From a virus (taxonomy: Duplodnaviria > Caudoviricetes): 44,678 bases of DNA. Under the pieces are notes generated by a model. The model was not told the origin of the DNA and ran no database searches. It saw nothing but the letters and a program-made list of their open reading frames with translations. Positions 1 to 7,142 of this stretch are shown piece after piece. The translations under genes and the position numbers were made by a program. The number at the start of each line of letters is the position of its first letter. Within the stretch, counting starts at the first letter, position 1. Location: positions 1-44,678 of the IMG/VR virus record IMGVR_UViG_3300030433_000377. One strand, written 5' to 3'.

Positions 1-189
1 GTGCAAGCTTTCATCATATGCAAAGGCCTGGTCGAGCACGGTGACGTAAATTTGTTTCAGGTAGCGTGCACCGGGGTCACCCGCTGCCTTCGCCTTTTGC
101 CACTCTTTACGCATGTGATCCGCCTGTGCCATTGCAAGATCGTACTTAGCTTCGATTTCTTTGAACTTTTCAGATTTGGTCACTGACAT
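1..189 (-). CDS. Partial hypothetical protein, probable first early gene (runs off the window edge)
   Basis: Read on the - strand: ATG at 189, MSVTKSEKFKEIEAKYDLAMAQADHMRKEWQ..., open to base 1; purine-rich RBS AGAGAGAGG about 8 nt upstream. Not in the ORF track. Confidence 0.75.
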   Translation of the reverse strand, partial: MSVTKSEKFKEIEAKYDLAMAQADHMRKEWQKAKAAGDPGARYLKQIYVTVLDQAFAYDESLH

Positions 190-385
190 GTTTTTTTCCT
201 CTCTCTGTTTTGGGCAGGGTTGCCCGCCAAGCGCTACAGTGTGCAACGCTTAGCGTGAAACCCCGAAGGGAATTATTTAGTGCCGAAACCAGACTCCCGC
301 AGATCACTTCCGCCTACGGTATGCCTACCAGTCACCCCGATTAATTTAGAACATAGCGGCCGGGCACCGCGCTTTGGTAAGTATG

Positions 386-413
386 AATATACACACTTCG
401 ACAGGGTTTTCAA
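386..413 (-). promoter_or_regulatory. Putative leftward sigma70 promoter TTGAAA-N16-TATATT
   Basis: On the - strand, TTGAAA (413-408), 16 nt spacer, TATATT (391-386), pointing at the 189 start. Confidence 0.5.
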
Positions 414-682
414 TAGCTGACTTACAGAAAATGCATGCACTGAATGCGTAGCCCCATGAACGGACTGCATCCCTACGGGGTACTTACTATCATGTAGTGC
501 ATGCCTGTATTGCGTGGATGCATACACCGTGCACACACAGGTAGGGGTGGCATTATGAACGTGCAACGGTGTTAGGGGGATACGTGCATCAAAGTTCGAT
601 TTTCGCACACCGCCGGCGATTGCTCGATTTTATACGCCTTTGCCGATACTACTGACGAACAATCAGTACCAGAAATGTTTAT

Positions 683-695
683 TTTCAACAGCTTG
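683..695 (+). promoter_or_regulatory. IHF-like site
   Basis: TTTCAACAGCTTG, one mismatch to the IHF consensus WATCAANNNNTTR, with AT-rich sequence upstream. Confidence 0.35.
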
Positions 696-788
696 CCTTG
701 CCGCTACTGACTGGCGTCGCATAATGTGCCCGCTATCATGGCGCAGGGGTACCCGGCGAGGGCCACCCGGGGTAGGGTCGTATAGCGT

Positions 789-808
789 ATACACAGAAAT
801 ACACAGAA
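789..808 (+). repeat. Tandem direct repeat ATACACAGAA x2 next to a GC-rich block (746-780)
   Basis: Two exact 10-nt copies at 789-798 and 799-808. Confidence 0.8.
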
Positions 809-913
809 GTGGTTTTTAGAATAGGCTAAACTTTTAGGTATTCTCATATATACAGAGCTTTATTTCTGCGCCAGTTATGTTAAACACCTATGAGATATGC
901 ATATTTGCAGGGG

Positions 914-942
914 TTGACAGGTTTTTGCTTATATGTATAACT
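914..942 (+). promoter_or_regulatory. Rightward sigma70 promoter TTGACA-N16-TATAACT
   Basis: Perfect -35 at 914-919 and TATAAC at 936-941; same architecture recurs at 18936 and 42464. Confidence 0.75.
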
Positions 943-1003
943 ATGTATCACAATGGGGGTAAGGGGGCTATGTTAAACATTAATGTTTTACACCCTATGT
1001 AAT

Positions 1004-1027
1004 GCGGCCTCTCAAAAGGCCGCTTTC
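1004..1027 (+). terminator. Intrinsic terminator/attenuator-like hairpin
   Basis: GCGGCCT-ctcaaa-AGGCCGC followed by TTTC (short U tract). Confidence 0.55.
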
Positions 1028-1168
1028 ACTTACTCTGTTAAACATACAGGATAGTGGACATAGGTAATGTTTAACTTGACATGTTTAACATAGTCCGGTA
1101 AACTACCATTTGTAATGTTGTTACAAAGCCTCCTTGTAAAGGTTTTACATACGTAATAATGTTACAGT

Positions 1169-1242
1169 ATATACGTGTCACATTTCTCCATGTGGCCTCT
1201 TCTCTCTTTCTCTCCTCCGTGTTGAGAGTGTGACACGTATAT
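1169..1242. repeat. 14-bp perfect inverted repeat enclosing a CU-rich loop
   Basis: ATATACGTGTCACA (1169-1182) pairs with TGTGACACGTATAT (1229-1242); pyrimidine tract at 1196-1218. Confidence 0.85.
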
Positions 1243-1267
1243 CTTTCCCCCTTGTAAGGTATTGACA

Positions 1268-1528
1268 ATGAGTCGCAAAAAAGTACAACTGTACGCTAGC
1301 GACGACGTGTTACGTAAGTTCTACTCCGCAGTCTCACATCAAGACATGCGTAGAGTAGAGAAGATTCACATTCCTAAGTCAGACGTTTTCTATATCCGTG
1401 CTTTGATAGAGCAAGACACAGGTGTTAGATATTCGTTAGACCACGTAGAACGTGCCATGTTTATGGAGGGAATGCTTAAACGTCGTGAAGTACTAGATCC
1501 TGACCGTAAGCGTGGCTACGGTGAGTAA
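1268..1528 (+). CDS. Hypothetical protein, first late-arm gene
   Basis: ATG at 1268 after AAGGT; 86-aa globular-looking ORF. Confidence 0.75.
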   Translation: MSRKKVQLYASDDVLRKFYSAVSHQDMRRVEKIHIPKSDVFYIRALIEQDTGVRYSLDHVERAMFMEGMLKRREVLDPDRKRGYGE

Positions 1529-1544
1529 TGCTTGATGAGGTCAC

Positions 1545-1790
1545 ATGGCACGTAATTATCGCAAAGAGTACGACAACTACCACGCTAAGCCTGAGCAGAA
1601 GAAACGCCGGGCTGGGCGCAATAAGGCTCGTGCTATAGCGACACGCGCTGGTGCCGTACGTAAAGGTGATGGCAAAGATATTGACCACAAAGATGGCAAC
1701 CCACGTAACAACAAACGGTCCAACCTGCGTGTCACCACTCAAAAAGCTAATCGTAGTTACCCACGAACACGTACTGCTAGGAAGAAGTAA
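1545..1790 (+). CDS. HNH endonuclease-family protein (packaging-associated type)
   Basis: DIDHKDGNPRNNKRSNL HNH motif; RBS GAGGT. Confidence 0.8.
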   Translation: MARNYRKEYDNYHAKPEQKKRRAGRNKARAIATRAGAVRKGDGKDIDHKDGNPRNNKRSNLRVTTQKANRSYPRTRTARKK

Positions 1791-2080
1791 TGCCTGCTAA
1801 GAAAGATCCTCGGTTAGAGCGCGCTGGTGTATCAGGCTATAATAAGCCTAAGCGTACGCCTAACCACCCTACCAAGTCTCACGTGGTTGTGGCGAAAGAG
1901 GGCGACAAGATTAAGACAATCCGTTTTGGTGAGCAGGGTGCTAAGACCGCTGGTAAGCCTAAAGCGGGTGAGTCAGACCGTATGAAGAAGAAGCGTGCAT
2001 CATTCAAAGCACGACACTCTAAGAATATCGCTAAGGGCAAGATGTCCGCTGCGTATTGGGCTAACAAAGAAAAGTGGTAA
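1790..2080 (+). CDS. Small basic conserved viral protein
   Basis: K/R-rich; KTIRFGEQG...SFKARH...SAAYWA pattern recognised from marine phage and algal-virus proteins; TAATG coupling. Confidence 0.75.
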   Translation: MPAKKDPRLERAGVSGYNKPKRTPNHPTKSHVVVAKEGDKIKTIRFGEQGAKTAGKPKAGESDRMKKKRASFKARHSKNIAKGKMSAAYWANKEKW

Positions 2081-2304
2081 GACTACTTGCGTTGCCCATA
2101 CTAGTAACGATAAGCGGGTGCTATACCACGACGGTGAAGTACCCGAATATCTGTGCAGGAGATGAAGCCTGCCTGAGAAACCTAAATGCACAAACCCTTG
2201 CACAACTGGGTCACGTTGAGGCTGCTACTGCTCTCATGTGTGAAGACACTAGTGTTGCTGACTTGCTTCGCATCCAGTGTATTGGCGCAGACAAACTCGA
2301 TTAG
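2074..2304 (+). CDS. Small Cys-rich lipoprotein
   Basis: MVRLLALPILVTISG|C lipobox plus four more Cys. Confidence 0.65.
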   Translation: MVRLLALPILVTISGCYTTTVKYPNICAGDEACLRNLNAQTLAQLGHVEAATALMCEDTSVADLLRIQCIGADKLD

Positions 2305-2890
2305 CGGTGACTTCAGTAACTACACAGCAGATAGCACGGTAGATAGCAACAACACTACTGAGTCTATCACGAATAATTACAACGCTGCAGGCGCTAGTTC
2401 TGCTGCACCTGTAATGTCAGCCATTAGCCCTACCATGATGGGTGGTGGCGGCAACGACAGTTGTTTGATGCCTACGAGTACAGGTATTCAGTTAAGCATC
2501 GTAGGTTTCTCTGCCGGTACTATGGAGCAAGACCCGCAGTGTAATACGCGTAAAAACGCGAGGCTCCTGGGAACGCCACAGCAGATCGGCGGCTTAGGCT
2601 TACAGGTCAGCGCTATCAGTTTAATGTGTGGTGATGCAGGGGTGTTCAAGGCAATGATGCTAGCGAACACCCCTTGCCCCATTTTAGAGATCACAACAGG
2701 GCAGTTGCTTATGGGCAAAGCCGCCTTGAATAAATACAGAGAAAGCCCAGAAACATATATCGTAGGTTATGAACAAGAGAAGCTATTCTGGGATACACTG
2801 CTCAGGATAGGCGAGGAACTAGATGAACAAGTTGAAGACACTGCTCCTAAGCTCAGCCTTAGTGAGCGCTTCAGGACTAGCATACGCTGA
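2240..2890 (+). CDS. Secreted protein of unknown function
   Basis: Probable GTG start at 2240 gives signal peptide MKTLVLLTCFASSVLA|Q; S/T/N-rich N-region then SC...C...C...PCP core. Confidence 0.75.
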   Translation: MKTLVLLTCFASSVLAQTNSISGDFSNYTADSTVDSNNTTESITNNYNAAGASSAAPVMSAISPTMMGGGGNDSCLMPTSTGIQLSIVGFSAGTMEQDPQCNTRKNARLLGTPQQIGGLGLQVSAISLMCGDAGVFKAMMLANTPCPILEITTGQLLMGKAALNKYRESPETYIVGYEQEKLFWDTLLRIGEELDEQVEDTAPKLSLSERFRTSIR

Positions 2891-3644
2891 GTATGAATTA
2901 ACCGGCCCAGAGAAAATCCAAGCTCTGATTGATGCTCTAAATGATATTCAAGCGAGTTTGAACTATGGACAAGTGGCTGTTGTTGGTGCTGTCGGTTACG
3001 CCGGTATTGGCGGCGTTATACCTGATTCAGCTCTTAATGGTGCTGCCATCACCCCTGAACAGTTCGCTAATTACGTTGATACTCGCGATGCGGTACTCCA
3101 GCACGATTACGCCATCGCCTCGACTGCCGAGCAGCTTTTCATGCAGGAACATGCGGCCTCAATGAATAGCTTGATGGGTGCAGTAGATGATCTGTCTACC
3201 GCTACCAACGTTATCATGATGGCTACAAGCGTAGCAGAAGAGGCATCTGTAGCAGACACAAAGCCAGAACAGGTGGCTCTGCAAAACATGCTCGGCCAAG
3301 AAGAATACACCATCACGGCTGCTAAGGTTGATGCGTATAACGAATCACTCATGATGGTTGATAACTACGCGCAGCAAGCTGGTGCATTTATGGCGGCAGC
3401 AAATAATGACGATCTGACTGCTAGCATCGATGCGTACGCTTATCAGGGTCAGTTCATGGTGGGCAGCTACACAGCAATCAGTTACACACAAAGTATCGAT
3501 GAATTTGTGATTACTTGGGATGACGCAGGATTCGGTACTGGTTGGCAAGGCTACTTGACGCAAGACTTCAAGTCTGTACAAGAGATGTACGACGCAGGTG
3601 AATACATCCTGCAGTACGGTGGCTATCCAACAGACGGTGAGTAA
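2823..3644 (+). CDS. Secreted acidic helical protein of unknown function
   Basis: Signal peptide MNKLKTLLLSSALVSASGLAYA|E; RBS GAGG. Confidence 0.8.
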   Translation: MNKLKTLLLSSALVSASGLAYAEYELTGPEKIQALIDALNDIQASLNYGQVAVVGAVGYAGIGGVIPDSALNGAAITPEQFANYVDTRDAVLQHDYAIASTAEQLFMQEHAASMNSLMGAVDDLSTATNVIMMATSVAEEASVADTKPEQVALQNMLGQEEYTITAAKVDAYNESLMMVDNYAQQAGAFMAAANNDDLTASIDAYAYQGQFMVGSYTAISYTQSIDEFVITWDDAGFGTGWQGYLTQDFKSVQEMYDAGEYILQYGGYPTDGE

Positions 3645-4129
3645 TGAGTATCGGATTTAGTATTGGTGGTTTTGACGTAAAGGGCTGGATGATGGCGGTT
3701 GCTGTTCCGGTCCTTTCCGCAGTTTCAGGTGTTGTGTATTTTGGGTACGACACGCTGACACGTTTCATGGACACAGAAGAGTACGCACAGAACGCTACGC
3801 AGAGTGTAAAAGCATTAAACGTCAAGCTAGGTGAGTCAGTCGACACACTTGAGACAGCAGATGTCGAGATCAACTCTCGTATTCAAGCACTCGAGCAAGC
3901 AATTGCGGACAACGATGTTCGCGGCTTGAGTGAAAAGCTAGCAACGTTGTCTACCAGCATGCAGCAGCTTCTGGAACAGCAGAGAGTTTTATTAGACTTG
4001 CGTTCTGACGTTGATCGTGCTATAACTATTACCAACGGCATTGGTGATAAACTAGACACATACGATACAGAGATTAACGACATATGGACAGCATATGATT
4101 CTCTGGTTGATAACCCTCTAGGAAATTAG
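3644..4129 (+). CDS. Membrane-anchored coiled-coil protein
   Basis: N-terminal TM (WMMAVAVPVLSAVSGVVYF) followed by a heptad-rich region; TAATG coupling. Confidence 0.8.
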   Translation: MSIGFSIGGFDVKGWMMAVAVPVLSAVSGVVYFGYDTLTRFMDTEEYAQNATQSVKALNVKLGESVDTLETADVEINSRIQALEQAIADNDVRGLSEKLATLSTSMQQLLEQQRVLLDLRSDVDRAITITNGIGDKLDTYDTEINDIWTAYDSLVDNPLGN

Positions 4130-4130
4130 T

Positions 4131-4313
4131 ATGGCTAAGTCGCCTAAACCTACCAATACAAAACTGTACAATAGCATCAAGGCTCAAGCTAAAAAGAAGT
4201 TTGACGTTTGGCCTTCTGCTTACGCTAGCTCTTGGCTAGTCAAAGAGTACAAGCGACGTGGTGGTAAGTATTCAGGCACCACTGCTAATAAAGTTTCTAA
4301 AGGAAAAAAGTAA
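4131..4313 (+). CDS. Small basic protein (N-half of a DUF5872-like viral family)
   Basis: KFDVWPSAYASSWLVKEYKRRGGKY motif. Confidence 0.7.
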   Translation: MAKSPKPTNTKLYNSIKAQAKKKFDVWPSAYASSWLVKEYKRRGGKYSGTTANKVSKGKK

Positions 4314-4314
4314 G

Positions 4315-4857
4315 ATGAAACGCTTTGTAGCCCTCGCGGCTGTAACCGTTGCTGCAACCGCTGCAGTAGCACAAGATCGAACGGTATCTCTGTCTCGCGT
4401 TGACGGTGTCGATACTGTAAGCGCTGGCGCAGGTTTGTCGTTCAGCAATGTAGACTTCAATGGCTCCGTGTCATGGAGTGACGCAGGCGACTGGTCTGCT
4501 ACCATGTCAAACAGCCTAAGCCTGTACGGCTTTTCTGTTTCACCTTACGCTAGCTACTCTTGGGGTAACGACGCAGGTGATATCGTAGGTTGGGGTGAAG
4601 GTAACGAATGGGGTTCAATCTCTGTAGGCGGTGAAGCTGGTTATGCACCAGGTATCATCGGTGGTGAGTATTTCTTCCTCGGCGCTGGCTACGGTATCAG
4701 CGACTCGTTTGACTTCGAAGGCGGTAGCTACGGTGTAGGTTACGGTGTAGAGCTAGCACCCAATATTACGCTTGATGGCCGTATGACATGGGATTACGAC
4801 AGCGAGTTTGAAATCGCTGAGCCTGTTGTAGGCGTATCACTCGGTTTGAGCTTCTAA
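4315..4857 (+). CDS. Outer-membrane beta-barrel protein
   Basis: ATG at 4315; signal MKRFVALAAVTVAATAAVA|Q; alternating G/aromatic strands; C-terminal beta-signal VGVSLGLSF ending in Phe. Confidence 0.8.
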   Translation: MKRFVALAAVTVAATAAVAQDRTVSLSRVDGVDTVSAGAGLSFSNVDFNGSVSWSDAGDWSATMSNSLSLYGFSVSPYASYSWGNDAGDIVGWGEGNEWGSISVGGEAGYAPGIIGGEYFFLGAGYGISDSFDFEGGSYGVGYGVELAPNITLDGRMTWDYDSEFEIAEPVVGVSLGLSF

Positions 4858-4858
4858 G

Positions 4859-5080
4859 ATGGCTAAGGGCGGTCTAGGTAAATGGCACGGCGAAAAGTGG
4901 GTCGATGTAAAGACCGGCAAGCCGTGCGGACGTAAATCTGCTAAAGGCAGTAAGCGTCCTTACCCTGCGTGCCGCCCTAAAGCTGTTGCAGGAAAGATAA
5001 CAAAGAAAGAAGCCGCGAAGAAGACGGGGCCGAAGAGAGTTAAGTGGTCAACGACCGCATCAGGAAAGAAGAGATCATGA
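4859..5080 (+). CDS. Small basic protein (C-half of a DUF5872-like viral family)
   Basis: GLGKWHGEKWVDV...PCGR...YPACRP motif; begins MAKGG. Confidence 0.7.
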   Translation: MAKGGLGKWHGEKWVDVKTGKPCGRKSAKGSKRPYPACRPKAVAGKITKKEAAKKTGPKRVKWSTTASGKKRS

Positions 5081-5238
5081 AGACATGTCCAGGTTGCCCT
5101 ACCCCGGCTAAATGTAAAGCCGCAGGTAAGTGCTTAAAGTCAGCTAAGATGTACGGCGGCGGTATGGCTAAGAAAGGCTATGCTAAAGGCGGATACGCTA
5201 AGTGTGGTGCATCGAATCCTCCATCAAAGAAACGATAA
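5077..5238 (+). CDS. 53-aa Cys-rich basic peptide
   Basis: ATGA overlap start at 5077; CPGCPTPAKCKAAGKC, then YAKGGYAKCGASNPPSKKR. Confidence 0.75.
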   Translation: MKTCPGCPTPAKCKAAGKCLKSAKMYGGGMAKKGYAKGGYAKCGASNPPSKKR

Positions 5239-5425
5239 GATTATGGCACACTGTAATACCAAAAAAGGTATGGCAAAAGGTGGTATGGCTAAAAAGTTTC
5301 CAGATCTGAACAAAGATGGTAAAGTCACCAAAGCTGATATCTTAAAAGGTCGCGGCGTAAAAGGCTTTAACAAAGGCGGTTACGCTAAGTGCGGCGCATC
5401 TAATCCACCATCAAAGAAACGATAA
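5185..5425 (+). repeat. 54-nt direct repeat (5185-5238 and 5372-5425)
   Basis: 49 of 54 nt identical; all five differences are synonymous third positions. Confidence 0.9.
5243..5425 (+). CDS. 60-aa basic peptide with EF-hand-like loop
   Basis: ATG at 5243; DLNKDGKVTKAD; same 17-aa C-terminus as the preceding gene. Confidence 0.75.
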   Translation: MAHCNTKKGMAKGGMAKKFPDLNKDGKVTKADILKGRGVKGFNKGGYAKCGASNPPSKKR

Positions 5426-5426
5426 T

Positions 5427-5714
5427 ATGTTTTACGATAAGTACAAAAAAGAGATCGAAGCAGCCGGTTATACTTTGACTGACGGTCAGGTATACGATCA
5501 CATGGGCAATCAGTGTGCCGGTGAAGATCGCTTCGGTCAGGCTTGGAGTAAAGACGTTAATCTCGACGCTATGATTGCTGAGATTGAATCTAAGCCTAAG
5601 AAGAAGGTCGCCAAGAAGGTTCGCGCACGTGATGCGAAGGGTAAGCTAAAAGCTGATGATCCTAGCACACCTGACGTGAACGAAGCTTGGACTACCGTTG
5701 AGGTCGATGAGTAA
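5427..5714 (+). CDS. Hypothetical protein
   Basis: C-terminal RAR...G...ADDPSTPDVNEAW motif familiar from marine phage proteins. Confidence 0.75.
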   Translation: MFYDKYKKEIEAAGYTLTDGQVYDHMGNQCAGEDRFGQAWSKDVNLDAMIAEIESKPKKKVAKKVRARDAKGKLKADDPSTPDVNEAWTTVEVDE

Positions 5715-6079
5715 TGGCATTCGCAGGGGTAGCTAATTACGTAACGAAGTCGATTGACGTTAGCTCTACTAGCTCGTCAAACCCTGACGATGTGTACGTA
5801 TGCCCGAACAATTTTGTAGCTCTCCTGCGTTTCATTCACATCTCTAACGGCGACGCTCAAAAGAAGATTAGCTTGTACTGGTATCAGGCAGATACAGCTA
5901 CACATCATTACATCGTCGATGAGTTTAAACCAGATGCTAACCAACTACATGAAGTTGTGCAGGGCGGTGGTTACTTAGCGTTGAAGCCTGGTGACAAGAT
6001 CCAAGCGTTTAAAGAGTCTGGCGGTGACTTTCACATTACCGTCTCTGGTGAAGAACACTTCCAGCCTACGCTAGCTTAG
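5714..6079 (+). CDS. Hypothetical beta-rich protein, possibly virion-associated
   Basis: 121 aa, TAATG coupling; VYVCP...IHISN...LALKPGDKIQA pattern. Confidence 0.75.
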   Translation: MAFAGVANYVTKSIDVSSTSSSNPDDVYVCPNNFVALLRFIHISNGDAQKKISLYWYQADTATHHYIVDEFKPDANQLHEVVQGGGYLALKPGDKIQAFKESGGDFHITVSGEEHFQPTLA

Positions 6080-6133
6080 CAAAAGTCTTTTGCATAACTA
6101 AGTCTATGAGCTATGCTTAAAATGCATATAACT
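6079..6133 (+). promoter_or_regulatory. Palindromes and a -10-like element upstream of the DUF1127 gene (LysR-type box)
   Basis: GCAAAAG-T-CTTTTGC (6079-6093); TATGC-N7-GCATA (6112-6128, fits T-N11-A); TATAACT at 6127-6133. Confidence 0.55.
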
Positions 6134-6163
6134 ATGGGTATCCACCAACCAAAGGAGATACTC

Positions 6164-6337
6164 ATGGTGAAGTTTATCAAAGACTGGATTAAAGCTTCTT
6201 GGGAAGCATTTGAAGAACATCAACAGCGTCGCGCAGACTACATGGTTATGATGGCAATGCCCGACCGCGAACTACATGACTTAGGCATCAGCCGTTCTGA
6301 GATCCAAGGGAAGGTCTACGGCAAAAAGAAAAAGTGA
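6164..6337 (+). CDS. DUF1127 (YjiS-like) small protein
   Basis: RBS AAGGAG then ATG at 6164; MPDRELHDLGISRSEI matches the DUF1127 signature. Confidence 0.85.
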   Translation: MVKFIKDWIKASWEAFEEHQQRRADYMVMMAMPDRELHDLGISRSEIQGKVYGKKKK

Positions 6338-6348
6338 GATTACCTGTT

Positions 6349-6717
6349 ATGGCCCGTACACTTACTGAACGACAGCAGAAGTTTCTTGACGTTCTCTTTG
6401 ATGAGGCCGCAGGTGATGTCGTGCTGGCTAAGAAGCTTGCAGGCTATTCAGAGTCCACTGCTACGTCTCATGTTGTGGACGCTCTGAAGGATGAGATTGC
6501 TGATCGCACTCGTTCTTTCTTTGCTCGTACTGCACCGAAGGCGGCATTCTCAATGGCTAACGCGATCAATGATCCGACAGAGCTAGGCATCAAAGAAAAG
6601 ATGGTAGCAGCTAAGGATCTGTTGGATCGCGCTGGTTTGGGTAAAGTCGAGAAAGTAGATGTTACCTCTGGTGGTGGCATCTTCTACTTACCTGCTAAAG
6701 AAGGTACTAACGAATAA
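6349..6717 (+). CDS. terS: Terminase small subunit (putative)
   Basis: LTERQQKFL...AKKLAGYS HTH-like N-terminus, AAKDLLDRAG; lies upstream of TerL. Confidence 0.7.
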   Translation: MARTLTERQQKFLDVLFDEAAGDVVLAKKLAGYSESTATSHVVDALKDEIADRTRSFFARTAPKAAFSMANAINDPTELGIKEKMVAAKDLLDRAGLGKVEKVDVTSGGGIFYLPAKEGTNE

Positions 6718-6731
6718 TACCACAACGTGAT

Positions 6732-7142
6732 TTGGGCTTTTGGGAATTACCGAAGCCTCCAAAAGGCCATGACAAACAGTGGCACGAGATTGTAAGGTTG
6801 AACTCTAAAGTACCGTTTGGGTACGAAGTACATCCTGAAAATGATCGACGTCTCGTGCCGATTGAGAGCGAGCTAGAGGCTTTAGAACTTGCTAAAAGAC
6901 ACCTAAAGCAGTATAGTCATCGGGCAGTAGCGCAATGGTTAACTAGAGAAACCGGGCGCTACATTTCTCATATGGGCCTGAAGAAAAGAGTCGAAATTGA
7001 GCAACGACGTAAAAAAGCAGCTACAATTAAACGCAAGCTTGCCAAGTGGCTCGAAGAAACCCTTGCGGAAATCGAAAAGCTCGAAAACGAAGGTGTCGGA
7101 GCCTACGCCGGTATCGGCACAGAAGGACTCTCCAAAGATTAA
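6732..7142 (+). CDS. Hypothetical HTH-like protein between TerS and TerL
   Basis: KVPFGY...SHRAVAQWL...ISHMGLKKR; start uncertain (TTG 6732 or ATA 6714). Confidence 0.65.
   Translation: MGFWELPKPPKGHDKQWHEIVRLNSKVPFGYEVHPENDRRLVPIESELEALELAKRHLKQYSHRAVAQWLTRETGRYISHMGLKKRVEIEQRRKKAATIKRKLAKWLEETLAEIEKLENEGVGAYAGIGTEGLSKD

Larger units (their letters stand above)
878..1090. repeat. Cluster of TGTTAAACA operator-like boxes
   Basis: TGTTAAACA at 878, 971 and 1036; reverse complement TGTTTAACA at 1082; near copies at 984 and 1068. Confidence 0.75.

Noticed and set aside
1-186. + strand 61-aa ORF in the track
   Set aside because: Shadow of the - strand gene starting at 189, which has an RBS and a plausible protein
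210-360. Possible hammerhead ribozyme (two GAAA with small stems)
   Set aside because: No CUGANGA core found on either strand
273-608. - strand 111-aa ORF
   Set aside because: No RBS, unnatural composition, overlaps a promoter and the TGCA-patterned region
971-1090. CtrA boxes suggested by TTAA pairs
   Set aside because: Spacings are 3 and 10 nt, not TTAA-N7-TTAA
7010-7017. A-AAA-AAG slippery site fusing the 6732 ORF to TerL
   Set aside because: The heptamer is phased in the TerL frame, so a -1 slip would leave TerL rather than enter it; no stimulatory structure seen
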